Shown: positions 1-12,931 of the stretch, piece after piece
How the letters are laid out: every line of letters begins with the position of its first letter
How positions within the stretch are numbered: position 1 is the first letter of the stretch
NCBI RefSeq assembly: GCF_035084215.1
Contig: NC_090336.1
Location: forward strand, 29,450,001 to 29,514,000
Direction of reading: 5' to 3'
Source: Heptranchias perlo
Taxonomy: Eukaryota
DNA length: 64,000 nucleotides
Position numbers and translations under genes: made by a program
The notes under the pieces: generated by a model
What the model was told of the DNA's origin: nothing
The model's database searches: none
Seen by the model: the letters and a program-made list of their open reading frames with translations, nothing else

Positions 1-2
1 CA

Positions 3-637
3 TGTTAGACTATGCCGGTGTGTACTAAAAGTGTAACATGTGTCAAAGAATTGTTTTTACACAATGTATGTTAACATGAAATATATTTAGTATATAACCA
101 CACATATTGTACAAATCATATGTCTGTATCAGCCACATTTACTCAGTATATTAAGGTGGTTGATGAGGTGAAATGTCTTGCCACTGCCTCAGCAAGTTGA
201 TGATGTCAGGTCAGGTGCCGCCCAGCTGGGATCCTTTCAGCAAGCTGATGGGCTACGTCTGGCATCATCATCTATTCTGAGGATGTTAAGTCAGCTCACC
301 ACAGGACTCCCAGATAACAGTGTATAAAGATAAAGCTCAAACAAGATTCAGAATAGAGGAACCCCAGAAGAAGGCATGCTAGGTTTGTCAAGGTGGACGT
401 GCTGGCAGGAGTCCAACGCCCATGTAATCAGGAGAAGGGAAGATGTCTGCAGAAGGCAGGATCCGCGGGATCCAAGAGGGTGGGGCCGTGAGGACTGCCA
501 GAGGCAAGAGGCCAAGGCACGAACTCTACCCAGCCTGGAAGCAGGTAATATATCTCTAGTTTCCATTCTGTAAACTGCTGCTTAAATACTGAGCGTATTA
601 AACTGTTCTTTGTAATTAAGTACGTGCCACAGTAACA
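3..637 (+). repeat. 5' LTR of a non-coding LTR retroelement
   Basis: Begins TGTTAGA and ends AGTAACA (TG...CA terminal inverted repeat). Has TATAAA near 323 and ATTAAA near 597, is followed by a PBS-like aatTGGTGACAAC (641-), and is repeated at 3220-3911. Confidence 0.85.
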
Positions 638-3219
638 AATTGGTGACAACTCGAATCTTTCAGAACTGGGAAGTGAGTAGCAGAGCAAGGGCTCTCCAAG
701 TGGTTGTAGACTGAAATATTCTGTTCCTTTTCTTCTGTTAAATGAGTCACTGTGATGTTTGCTTAAGCTCCACCCATACACAGAGCTAAAGCAGTTTCAC
801 TCTCTGTTGTACATGTCTTTGATATTAGGTGTAATATAAACATGTCTTACGTTTGTTTTCTCTGTGCATGTGTGTAAGCACATTATTTTTGAGATATTGA
901 GTCCTTTTGTTTTTGGTTTTGAACTGATTTTGGAGTAATTCACAGATTGAGTGTTTGATTAAATTATCAAATGATGAAACTGGTTTTCTGCGGGTGGCCA
1001 CTACAATCAGCTAGTTATTTAAACTATGTGAATATTCTTTGGGCTTGAGACCTGGGAGTATCACATAAAATTTGGCACTCTCTGAGTTCGTAACCCATTG
1101 CAGGAATCAATATTTTAATGTCTGAATATTGTTGTCAAGAGTACCTAAATTTTGACTTGACTTAGTGCCTTCAAAATCTTTTGAGGTGATTCTGCTTGTT
1201 TAAAATTATTAAAATGCAGTAGTGGTCAGGAAACTGCCAACACTCTTTGGTTTTGTGATTGTGGCAGAAAACAAAAATAACCAGAGTTCAAAATATAAAG
1301 GATTTAACGAAATTTGGATTTTTAATCTAAATTACACAAGTCCAGGAGAAAACCACTCTTTTGAATTAAAATAGACAAGCTTAAATTCTGTCTATCCCAA
1401 GATTGTATTTAAAGTTAATTACTCCCTTATCTTCCTCAAGATCTTTCAGAGTCCGAGGAGCCAAGAGGTGATTGGGCCTTCAATGCTGTACCATTGCAGT
1501 ATTGTTTCTCTTTAAGTGTCAGGTTTAATTTGAGAGGATATTTACAAATGCATTTCTTTAATTCATCCGAGGCTCTCAAGAAAGGCCACGGTGGATTTTT
1601 CTTTGTTTTTTTAACAGATGACCCATGGATTTCGGGACCACGTCAGTGGTAGTGGTGCAATATTTCTTTTACATGAAAGTAGCTCCACAGGGTTACAGAG
1701 GAGCCTTCACTGGAAAGGTGTTGGTGCAAGAAGGAGATCAACTAATGCTAAGAATTTAAATTCAGACCGGCAGAAAATATTAAAGGTCACAGCATAGTGA
1801 CAAGGCAGGCTAAGAACTTTCTCTCTCAAGGCTCGCTGTTAACCCTTTAATCCTTTGTTATCCTCCGAGACAAAGTGCTCGAGGGGGGGATACATAGGAT
1901 TTACCCCAAATTTAATTGCAAGCACTTATGTCTCTGCTGTAAAACTACCAAGCCTGGGCTTCATTGGTTTCTGAAATTTAAATTGATGAGATACATTGAA
2001 ATGAGTTGCTGTTCAATCACTCAAAGAGTAACATGTTTACCTGAAGGATTTAATTGACAATAATCAAATTGTATTGAAAGAAAGAGTTCAGTCTAGGTGG
2101 TTTCTGTACAATGCTGTTTTTCCCTGGAAATAAAATTTAACATTGATAAGTCCTGAACTTAACTGAGCTGCGCTCGAAGCTTTCAGGGGAGAAGGTGCCT
2201 GGCCAGCAGGTGCCTTCTGGTTTAAAGACCAATGGGTCGTGCTCAAAGTCCTCACATGTGCAGTGGACACCAAAAGGCAGGCAGTCTAACAGTTTCAGCC
2301 CAATATTATACGGCCCACGTGGTTACACATTTTTAGAAATGAACAACTGCTCTCAAAGGCAATTATAAATGAAGGTTTTTTTGTTTACTTAAATCAGATC
2401 CAAAAAGGGGTTAAATGGTATTGGTAAATGATTGGATCCCAAATTTTATTTAAAAAATATAAATCTGGAAATCAAATGGGAATATGGTTTAGTGTAAGGT
2501 GCGAAGACTCTGATAAGTGTGTTATGCTAGGAAGACGGAAGCAAAATGACATCATTTCAAGATGGATTCCTGCAACGGTGACATTGTTATCTGTTAATGA
2601 AAAACTGATTAAAATATTTAAAGTGGACTTGATAGACTTTTGGAGGAGGATATACATGAGGAGTTTGTGAACTATCTAAGGACATTGGTTGGTGGGAATG
2701 AGGGAGTCTGGAAAGCCCCAGATACCTTTTGCTGGTCCAGGAATGGCTATTCGGCTGTGATGTGCTGCAGAGCTCATCATTAACAGGTGGCTTCACCCTG
2801 GATGAATAATCCTCTAACTGCTCTCTACAGGTCGATCGATGGAACTCGGAGAACTAACATGGCATATTCAAAGAGAGGAGGATATGGCATTAAACCATAT
2901 ATCTGGTGTGTCAATCAAAATTTTGCCTCACACCAATCAAAAATGACTAAATTGGGGATAAAATATTGGTGCCTGTTAGGCCCCATAATGTTACAAAAAA
3001 ACACTACCCTTCAGACAGAAGCCTTATTAGTAGCTATAAATTTTGCCCATTCAATTCCGCACGCTTTCATGAATCTTAAATACTTGTATTAATTGTTTTA
3101 GATATCATGGTATGTTGACTTAAGAGTTTAATGCGACAGTTGGCATGGCACATGAAGTAACAGCATTAATCAAGAAGTGAGGACTCGAGACTATGGTCTC
3201 TCGGCCTCAAGGTGGGGAC

Positions 3220-3911
3220 TGTTAGACTATGCCAGTGTATACTAAAAGTGTGATATGTAACAAAGAATTGTTTTTATGCAATGTATGTTATAATGACCAC
3301 ACATATTGTACAAATCATAAGTCCATATCAGCCACGTTTACTCAGTATATTAAGGTGGTTAGCTTGGGGAATGTGCATTTAAAACACATAGTTCACTCTT
3401 TGTTTGAGATGTAGAAGAATGTAGCATCAATCTTGATGAGGTGAAATATCTTGCCATTGTCTCAGCAAGTTGATGATGTCAGGTTGGTGCCACCCAGCCA
3501 GGATCCTTTCAGCAAGCTGATGGGCTACGTCTGGCATCATCATCTATTCTGAGGATGTTAAGTCAGCTCACCTCAGGATTCCTAGACAACAATGTATAAA
3601 GATAAAGCTCAAACAAGGTTCAGGGTAGAGGATCCCCCAGAAGAAGGCAGGCTAGGTTTGTCAAGGCGGATGTGCTGACAGGAGCCCAGTGCCCATGTAA
3701 TCAAAAGAAGGGAGGAGGTCTGTAGAAGGCAGGACCCAGGCGATCCAAGGGGGTGGGGACAGTGAGGACCGCGAGAGGCGAGACGCCAAGGTACGAGCTC
3801 TACCCAGTGTGGAAGCGGGTAATATATCTCCAGTTTCCATTCTGTAAACTGCTGCTTAAATACTGAGTGTATTAAACTGTTCTTTGTAATAAGGTATGTG
3901 CCACAGTAACC
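3220..3911 (+). repeat. Second LTR copy
   Basis: TGTTAGAC start after the PPT. Colinear with 3-637 apart from a ~74-nt segment (3361-3434) missing from LTR1 and many substitutions. Confidence 0.85.
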
Positions 3912-4271
3912 AATTGGTGTCAACTTGAATCTTTCAGAACTGGGAAGTGAATAGCAGAGCAAGGGCTCTCCAAGAGATCGTAAACTGTGGGGGTTAAACT
4001 GGATAGGGTCTATTATTGGGCGTAGATAGTGTAATCCGCTATTAACCCGCGCCTGATGGCCCTTGCGCAGAAGTTCATGCTGCCTGCTAATTAGCATGAT
4101 AGCTCCGTGCAGCCAGCGCTACCCGCGCTGCTGAGAGGCTGCTCGAAGAATCAGGAAGCTTGAAATGGGGCATGCTCAGTGCACGTCATCGGCAGCCTGC
4201 ACCTCTTAAAGGTGCAGGTGCACATTTTAAATGGCACATGCACAGTTCACTAGGAGGAGGGAGAGGTGGCT

Positions 4272-6120
4272 GGATGGATGGTGGGACCGGCGCGAGAGAG
4301 GGCCTCATGCTTCTCCGACAATGCACTGGAGGCCCTGGTGGAGGGGATGGACGAAAGGAGGGCCGACGTGTACCTGCAGGGTGGCAGGAGACCCTCCAGA
4401 CTCCAGCTCCACAGGCATTGGGAGGCTGCGGCCCATGAAGTGAATGCCAGGAGCATAGCACCACACACGTGACAAAAGTGGAACAATTTGACATGAGTGG
4501 TTAAGGTGAGTGAATGCAAGTGTCAAGTGGCACATCCTACCAAGTGCATCACTGCTCCATGCATCACACCGCCCTCCCCCCTCCACCCCCACCCCCCCCC
4601 GTCGCCCAGCCATACGCCATACTGCATCTTACCCGCACATAATGCCACACTTGCAGACCACACAACTACCACTCACAAGTCACGCACACTGGCAGCTATT
4701 TGACCATGACAGGCATATCGCCCAGATACCTTGTAAGACACTCACTGACGCACTGCCCTCTGTCTTGCAGGAGGAGGTGGTGCAGCAGGAAAGGCCTGAG
4801 GGAGGACAGGCATGCCTACACGTCCTCACCCCCTTGGAGGAGACTGTGCTGTGAATCATTGACCAGGCCATCGCTGCACCCACGATCACATGGCGTGCTG
4901 GAGGTCCCGATGAAAGGGGGTCGCTGCATATCTAATGCTCCTTCTCATTTCCCACATCCCCCTCCTCCCATAATCTTTTCAGACTCACGTGCTGCAGATG
5001 CTGTCGGGACACACAGCTTACTTCCTCCTCTCCCCACTCCACAACTCAACCTGTTTCCCTTTGTCATTGCAGATACCTAAGAACACGTATCGGCAACGTC
5101 TGAGGAGGAGGAGGAGGAGGACACTGAAGCCACACCGTCACTCGATCTGACATTCACATCCACCAGCTCAGAGACTGACACTGCGCGTACTTTAGAGGCT
5201 AGGTTAGAGGAGAGATCTGCACGTGGTGAGACATCGAGCACAAGTGCGCAGGAGCTGGGGCGGGGGGAATGGATACCACAGGTGCTGGCTCACCGGAGGG
5301 CGAGGTCGCTCACTAGTTCTGCTGTAGAGGAGTCAGATGAGGACTTCGATGGGCCAGGCTACAGATGACAGCTGATGGGCGTACGCCAACAAATGCTTGG
5401 GGCACTGGAAAGCCTGCCAGAAAACCTGCGCACAATGAGAAGGGGCATGGAGGAGTCCAGCTCCAACTTGGCACAGGGCTTTGCGCAGAGCTTGGAGCCC
5501 AACCTTTCTCACATGGAACTGGTGGTCACCTCCATCAGCGCACCTGTGGAACTCACCATGATGCAACGTCTGATGGCCGATGTCAAGGCTTCCATTGCAG
5601 CACAAACCGATGTCATCAAGGTCTGCAAGCTATGGTTGAAGCTCAGACTGCTGCCTTGGAAGCTCAGACTGCTGCTATTGTGCCTCTGGGGACCACTGGG
5701 GCTTCCAGGGCATCACAGCACTCCAGCAATCCATTCTCCAGCTGATCACCAGGATTGCTGAGGCACCGCCCCGGGAGAGTGGCAGTGGCGCCATGGCAGT
5801 CGGACCTGCTGTCCTCTCTCAGGACGACAGCCTTCCTGCTCCCATCCCTGCCACTCCACCAGTGCCCTTGTTGTTGCCTATCAGCCAGCCAGGCCAAACT
5901 GCTGCAATCCTTGCTGAGATGGTGCAGTCTGATGCCGGGCCCTCCTGGCTCAGAGCTGCTCGAGGTCATCCTCCAAGGCCATCTTGCACGCTCCTCCACT
6001 GAAGGCCAGCAGCCTCCCACCACCCATGCTCCCGCCATTGGGGATGCACCTCATAGGAGCACTAGGATAGGTAAAGGCACACGAACAACAGGCACTAAGG
6101 GAATACACAAGGATGAATAG
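4272..6120 (+). pseudogene. Harbinger Myb/SANT-like DNA-binding protein gene (spliced, disrupted)
   Basis: RERASCFSDNALEALVEGMDERR...WEAAAHEVNA...KWNNL motif. Donor at 4505/4506, acceptors at 4770 and 5072. In-frame stops and frameshifts. Confidence 0.75.
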
Positions 6121-6317
6121 TCCAGTTCTGTTTCCATAATTTTATTTGTTAATTGATAAATGTGGCTTTGCATTTGCATTTGATGGTGGTTTTTATTTAT
6201 GCGATGAACTGAGGGGGAAAGCAATGTGTAATCAAATGGAGGGCGATTTGATGGTCATGTGGGAGCAGACAGCTGGGCAGTGTAGGACTGTTGGTGAGTT
6301 GGGGGATGTAGATCACA

Positions 6318-7447
6318 TCATTGAAAGCGGGCACGGATCAGGTGAGCACACAGGGCCCTTCCGGACAAGGCGTGTGTTCCCTGTTGCACCCTTGCATCTT
6401 CCTCCACTTCCTCCTCCGGCTCCTCTCCCTCTTCCTCCTCAGCCTCTTCCTCCTCCTCCTCCTCCTCCTCCTCCACCTCTGGCTCAGGGTCTTCTCCGAT
6501 CATCGGTGGCAAGGGCTGGTCCCTCATGATGGCGAGGTTGTGCAGCATGCAGCATACTATCACGAATCTTCCCACCCGCTCAGGGGAGTACTGCAGGGCT
6601 CCTCCAGACCGGTCCAGGCAGCGGAAACGTTTCAGGAAGCCTAAGGTGTGCTCCATGACGTTGCATGTGGCAGTATGGCTCTCATTATAGGCCTGCTCTG
6701 CACTTGTGCCTGGATTCCTGACCGGAGTCATAAGCCACTGCGTGAGGGGATAGCCCTTGTCGCCCAGTAGCCAGCCTTTGATCTGCCAAGCTGGGTGAAA
6801 GTTAGCTGGCACATTGGACTGATTCGATGCATGTGGTCGCACACCAGCTGCACGTTCAGGGAGTGGAAGCCCTATCGGTTGACGAAGATGGCTGAGTTGA
6901 TATGTGGGGCACGCAGGGCATTGTGCGTGCAGTAAATGGCACCCTGCACCATGGGGAAGCCAGCAATGCGAGCAAACTCCATGCCCACTTGTTCTGCTTG
7001 TCTCTGTCAAGAGGGAAGGTGATGATCCTGTTCCTCATCTCCTATTGTCAGGTTGTGGCCTCCCTTATGCAGCAGTGCACTGCATAGTGCGAAATGTTAC
7101 ACAAGTCGCCAGCAGAGGCCTGAAATGATCCAGAGCTGTAGAAGTTCAGCACCACGGTGACCTTCACAGCCACAGGCAATGCTGTCCTCGCCCTGCTCTG
7201 AGGCTGCAGTTGTGGCCGCACCAGTTGACAGCTCTCTGTCACGGCCTTCTTGGTGAACCTCAGCCACTGGATGCAATCCTCCTCGCTCATGTTGAAATAT
7301 CCAGGCCTCCATTGAATATGGCTTCCTGCTCGGTGCCCTGCTACTCCTCCTCCTCCCTCTCCTTGCAGCTTGACCTGCAGTGCATGGCCCCTCTGTATGC
7401 ACCCAGTTGTGCTCAATGCCCAGCGGGAGCCCTAGCAGACCACCCAT
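6318..7447 (-). pseudogene. Harbinger (HARBI1-like) DDE transposase, frameshifted
   Basis: ALPVAVKVTVVLNFYSSGSFQ, GWLLGDKGYPL..WLMTP, YNESH, RFRCLDRSGGALQYSPE, CCMLHNLA and an acidic tail. The first catalytic D appears as Y (GAIYCTH) and there are frameshifts. Confidence 0.9.
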
Positions 7448-7469
7448 GGCTGCCAGGAATCTTGTATAT

Positions 7470-7620
7470 ATTTCTTAATGATAAAGGGATCAAGGGATAT
7501 GGGGAAAAAGCGGGAACAGGGTACTGAGTTAGACGATCAGCCATGATGATTTTGAATGGCAGAGCAAGCCCGAAGGGCCGAATGGCCTACTCTTGCTCCT
7601 ATTTTCTAAGTTTCTATGTT
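7470..7620 (+). mobile_element. CR1/HER1 or HE1-type 3' tail inserted in the Harbinger
   Basis: gatcagccatgat...gaatggc..agc...gaagggccgaatggcctactc...tttctatg tail, shared with 29990-30120, 45975-46100 and 58436-58560. Confidence 0.75.
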
Positions 7621-9580
7621 GTTCAACTACGGTTGTAACTTTCCAAACCGTAAGGCAGTACCTGCCAAACCACTCTGAAATGTGCTCCAGCAAATCTCAG
7701 TAAGTATAGGGATCTTCAAAAAACACTTCTTATTCCACCAGCAGCCAGAAGCAATAATCCAGCAACTAACCAGCAACACCTGCATGGTCCCTTTAAATAG
7801 CACTGGTGGGGAGGGGGGTTCATCCAAGCCGTCTTAGACATGTTCAGGTGTGCGTAACTAAGACTGTGCAATGTGTTGAGCATTAAGTTCCAAAATGGTG
7901 TCTATCACTTTATCCCTACTTTACATGCTGCCAGTATTCGGTATTTGTGCGTGCGCTAATACCTATACCAAGTTGGCGTCCAGCGCACATCACGCTGGAA
8001 ACGTGCGTGCGCAGCCAAGACACCATATTGGCACTTCGTGAGGCCGCATAGCGCCGAAACAACGGCCGCTACACGGTCCAATTTCTAGCCTTTATACATT
8101 CCCAGTATACATTACAAAAAGTAATTCATTGGCTGTGAAGCACTTTGAAACATCCTGGTGACTTGAAGTGTTACATAAGTACAAGTTCTTTTTATTAAAA
8201 GTTATCTTAACGGTGTTTAATTTCATAACAGTTGAGGACCTTATTGCTAATTGTAAACGTTTAAACTCTGCTGTGTTGCCTGTTTGAATGCTGTTAATTG
8301 ACATTATTGTAGCATTGAAAACCTATTTTACTATCCTGAATGTGAATTTACAAGGCTCGAAGCTTGGCATCACCTAAGCACCACGACTTGATTTATCTGA
8401 TTTTCTCTCTTACCGTTTTCATCCTTTTGGAGCCCTGCAGCATGGGCTGTGGACCTTTACCTAGCTTTCTTTTTTTTATATAAATAGTTGTTTGCAGCTT
8501 TTCTTTTGTCAGAATCCTATTTTTCTTTTCTGTTGTCCTTCACAGCAATTTGCCTTAAAGCAATTTGTATTTGCAGTGTTTCTATTCATCCAGACATTTC
8601 ACAAAGTAGTAAATTTCTCCACAAATCACCGATTTGAAGTTTTAGGAGCAGCACTTTGTGGAGCTCAATACAATACCATAAACATTCTCCCAGATAGCTG
8701 ACGATAACAGTCTTGAAGAAATTGTGTAATATGTGACTTTTGATTATTCAGCATATCATGTGACTATCGGGAAAAACTTGCTTAAAAGAGGAACAATTAA
8801 TTTTCACCAGTTTCTTAGAAATGCACAAGGAAAACTCTGCATACAGGAAGCTTGTTCTTAAATACAAATTCTTTCTCTTAGACTTGCTTTTCAAGGTAAA
8901 TTTCAAGATAAGTTCTTAGTATGGCCGTTTCCTGCCAATATTCAATTTAAAATATATAGTCCAATATGTAATTAAAAGTATTTCTTTAAATTTCCCTGCC
9001 CAATACCTTAGCATATTCAAGGCTGGGTACAAATACATTATTATTGTGTCTTTGGCTGTCAGCCCCTTCCCGCCCTTGTTCCCTGCTCAATAAACAGTAC
9101 GGATGGAGATGATGCTGAGATCTGAGGCTAAGTAATGAATTGTCACAGGCTTGTGTTCAACCTTGGAACTGGCAAGAAGATGACGAATCCTGTTCGGAAG
9201 CTGTGCTTAAGAAATGTTTTGTGTTATTTGTAATAATCTTTTAAAAGTGAGCCACATACACGACTTTTTTTAAGGCAAACATAGAGAAATAAAACCATTT
9301 TAGCACTCTATCCTGAGGTACCCTTTAAATGAAGTAACCTGCTACTTTGGCCGTTTTATTTATAAATGCATTTAAACTGTGCATGGCCTTAACAAATGAC
9401 TTTGATAAATACTATTAATATTCATTAACCTACAGTTATAATTGATTCCCAGAAAATACAGGTCATTGCTGGAATTTTACTAAGTATTTCAAATAAATCA
9501 CACCTTTAACTTTGCAGGCAAGTAAACATTTACTGAGGGAATAGCCTTTTACAATGTTTTATTTCACTTTCCATCTTTAG

Positions 9581-9886
9581 CCACTCCAAAACTGGAGCCA
9601 GTACAGAATGTTCCAGGGGTGCCAATCACAGAAGAGCTGATGTTAAATTGTCGAATCCACTCCTTTTTTGCCAAAAATATTTCAGTTGTTTGGTGCAATG
9701 ATGGTGAGGGAATGATTGGGAAAACAGAAATTAGCAATCCTACTTGTGGAAACAATGGTCTGTATTATTGTACCAGCACTCTAAAGCTGACACCAACGAA
9801 AGAGGATATTGGTAGGAAGTACACGTGCTATGTTTACAACGGCCTAGTTGAGTCAACAGAAATGGAATGGGTACTGGATCAACAGG
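9581..9886 (+). CDS. Immunoglobulin C1-set domain exon (IgSF; NCR3LG1/tapasin/SIRP-like multi-C1 family)
   Basis: Polypyrimidine acceptor ...catctttag|, phase 1. Translation TPKLEPVQ...LMLNCRIHSFFAKNISVVW...NNGLYYCTSTLKLTPTKEDIGRKYTCYV shows the canonical Cys-Trp-YxC C1 pattern. Donor is G|gtgtat (alternative GGT|gtatgt at 9888). No other exons of this gene were identified. Confidence 0.8.
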
Positions 9887-10876
9887 GTGTATGTAGAATG
9901 GGTGTAACACCTTTTCTAATCATTTATTCATGTATTATTACACAGGAGGTGCTATTATTATTGTTCCTCAGGAACCTACTAATGACCTGCGGTGTCGATA
10001 AAACCAATATTGCCCAGCAAGTTGTTATCTTGTAACTTGCAGCATCGTGCAACCTGTTCTAGACCTAATTTGAAGAGGTCAGTTGAGCACAAGTTACTTT
10101 ATTGGCACATTGTAAAACATCATTTGCCCCAATGTGAAACAGTTTTTACTTTGAATTGATTGAAGCCTTGTAGTGTAATTCGGATGTGAAGTTGCCCAAA
10201 TTCAGTTTAGGGAAGTTGGACAGGATTAACTCCAGGAGATAGTCTTGCATCACCCTGACTTCATACTGGTTGTTACATAACTGCATTGCACGACCTGGCA
10301 ACTTTTTAATCTTCATTTTTCATCATTTTAATATTAGTAGAGAGACGACTGTCCCATTCTTGATATTAAACTTTTAACTGGTGTCCTGTCAATCTGGCTG
10401 CCTGTTGGGTGGGAAACCTGCTGAAAAAATTTTTAAAACGTCCTGACGTGAAAATCGTCATGACGGCCGGGAAACTCATACTTCCGGGTTTCCCGTCCAG
10501 AAATGCTCCCCCCGCTCACCACAGCTGTGAGTGAAAATCCAGGTTATTTCTCTTGCGATATGAGTGATCTTCCCCCCGACTGCTGAACTTTGATTGCTCG
10601 ACAATTCAGACAGAACCCCTGAGACCTGAACCGTGTTTCTCCACAGATGTTGCCTGACCTGATGGATATTTCTGGCTTTTTTCTATTTCTGTACGCATAA
10701 GAAGTGAATCTGCTCATCGAAACTGCCTAATTGCTGTAAGCCCAATTAGAAGTGTTGGAAGAGAGCTCCAATTGCAATGCCACGTCTTTCAAAATCCCTC
10801 TAAGCCTCTCCTGCCTCCGCTACATCCCAGAGCTGAATTTTATATAGTCAGCAGCATTTTGAAACAGAATATCTAT

Positions 10877-12931
10877 GGGCCCAATATTACCAGGGCGGCG
10901 GGTTTGCGGCGGGGGGGGTCGATTGGGCGCGTGGGTAACGCGCCCGGTGAAATCAGTCTGCTCCGCACGCAATCGCAGGCTGATTGGATCCACTTACCTC
11001 TTGTTCCGGGTTCCCCGCTGCTGAGCTGCACGGCGGGCAGACTGCGCATGCGCAGTAAGGTCTGTCAGCTGGAGGAGCTCTATTTAAAGGGGCAGTCCTC
11101 CAGTGACTGATGCTGCAAGAAATAGGAAAAATTACAGCATGGAGCAGCCCAGGGGGAAGGCTGCCCCCAGGTTTAATGATGCCTCACTCCAGCTCTTATT
11201 GGATGGGGTGAGGAGGAGGGGGAGGACAGAGATCTTCCCCCCGGCGGGAGGGAGGAAGCGGCCTGCCTCTGCCACCAAGAAGGCCTGGCTCGAGGTGGCA
11301 GAGGAGGTCACCTGCACCACCAACATATCGCCCACCTGCATACAGTGCAGGAGGCGCTCCAATGACGTTAGGAGGTCAGCCAAAGTGAGTACACTTACTC
11401 ATTCCCCTACACTCCGTCTTCCACATCACTGCCCCCACCCCACATCTCCTTCTGCACTGCCAACACTACTCTGTCACATCACCCCTCACACCCACTCAAA
11501 GCTCATCCTCATCTTACCTGCACTTACTCACCTCGCCAGTACTCATCCCGCCACTACCACTCAACCCAATACTCAAACAATCTCATGGCTCTATCTCATA
11601 CTCACCCTCTCATGCATCTCTCTCATGGTCAGCCTCACTCAACCTGCCACTACCTGTGCTGCAGCCACTGGGCATGCATCACATATGTGCAGTGGGAAGC
11701 GTAAGGCAAACGTATCGTGAGCATGAAGGGGATGCACAAGGGTGTTTGAGGGTTTGTCATGGTTTTTACTTATATTTGATTTCTGATCAACTCACATTAC
11801 ATATTATATTGGCACCACTACTGTCTCGTCTTTGCAAATCTTGTCTGGTTTGTGCAATAATGCCCTTTCCTGAGGATCACAATGAAGACCCACACCTGAT
11901 GCCACCCATTGTGTCACTGCAAAGTGGGTGTAGGTGTATTTGCAGGGCTCTTTTGTGCAGACGACTGAGAGACGTTGGCGATGTCCCCGGTGGCACCCTA
12001 GAAGGATGCGGAGGAGAAGTTGTTGAGGGCAGTGGTGACTTTGACAGCGACAAGTAAGAAGATGGTGCTCGGGCCAGCCGGGAGCAGCTCAGCATGAAGG
12101 AGGCTGCAGATGTCCACGACTACATGTCGAGTGACTCTGAGCCTCCGTGTGCACTGCTGCTCAGAGAGGTCCAGGAAGCTGAGCCTCGGTCTGTGGACCC
12201 TGTGGCGAGGGTAGTGCCCTCTGCGATGCATCTCTCTCTGCGGTTGCCCTCCCTCCTGCTGTGCAGGTGGATGTGTCACAGCACCCTGTTGTGGAGCTCC
12301 ATGTGTCAGAGGTGGATGGCGTGGACGGTGAGGCTGGTGATGCTGTTCGCCCTCCGAGGAGGTCATGACTGCAGCTACGGCGACCCCCATCCGGAAGATA
12401 TACATCTGACAGGGTCCGCAAGGTAGGTACATGTGTCTGGACCCCTGGGTAAGTGTGCAAGTTGGTGAATTTTATTGTTAGGAGGAGGGTGGTGGAGGCC
12501 AAACTTTGTCCAAAGTGACAGAGTGGCCTCCTGCAATGAGTGAGGGTCTCCCCTCCCCACTTGTCAAATGGACCTTTGCAGCTGCCACAGGCTGATGGCT
12601 GCAACACATCCATTTTAACTGGGAGTGTTTCCCCCAGTACAGGAAACAGTCCCAGTCAGTTGAAAAATCCCACCCCTGCTAAAATAACAGGTCAATCAGG
12701 TCTGTAAACAGCCTGAAGTACCTGTTCAAGTACTTTAAGTGGCACCCCGCTGGCTTTAATTGCTGGTGAGAGTCCCACATGCGGGGGCTGTGCGCGCATG
12801 TCAGCGCGTCTGTGGGGAACCCGAAAATGGGGCGGGTTGGAGCCGGGCTCCAGACCCGCCCCGGGAATCCCCAATTTTCGTAGCCCCCCCCGCCAGGAAC
12901 GCACACAATTGCGGATGCTAAAATCAAGCCC
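10877..12931. mobile_element. Internally deleted (non-autonomous) Harbinger, 2055 bp, TAT target-site duplication
   Basis: Ends GGGCCCAATATTA / GGGCTTGATTTTA (reverse complement), flanked by TAT at 10874-10876 and 12932-12934. Contains Myb exon 1 (+) and the 5' part of the transposase (-, about 11950-12390). Confidence 0.9.
11139..11384 (+). CDS. Harbinger Myb/SANT-like exon 1 (82 codons, open)
   Basis: MEQPRGKAAPRFNDASLQLLLDGV...KKAWLEVAEEV...QCRRRSNDVRRSAK|gtgagt, with TATTTAAA near 11081 upstream. Confidence 0.7.

Larger units (their letters stand above)
3..3987 (+). mobile_element. Non-autonomous LTR retroelement (LTR - PBS - about 2.6 kb non-coding interior - PPT - LTR - second PBS stub)
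   Basis: Two homologous LTRs, a PBS after LTR1, and a polypurine tract AAGGTGGGGAC (3209-3219) directly before LTR2. No recognisable gag/pol/env ORF in the interior. Confidence 0.8.
3989..8091. mobile_element. PIF/Harbinger DNA transposon, near full length, decayed (convergent Myb/SANT gene and transposase)
   Basis: Imperfect TIRs GGGGGTTAAACTGGA / AGGCTAGAAATTGGA (reverse complement), GC-rich subterminal regions, Myb-like gene on + and HARBI1-like transposase on -. Confidence 0.88.

Noticed and set aside
6318-7447. Possible domesticated HARBI1 gene
   Set aside because: It is frameshifted, the first catalytic Asp is lost, and it lies inside TIRs with a Myb partner. This is a transposon copy.
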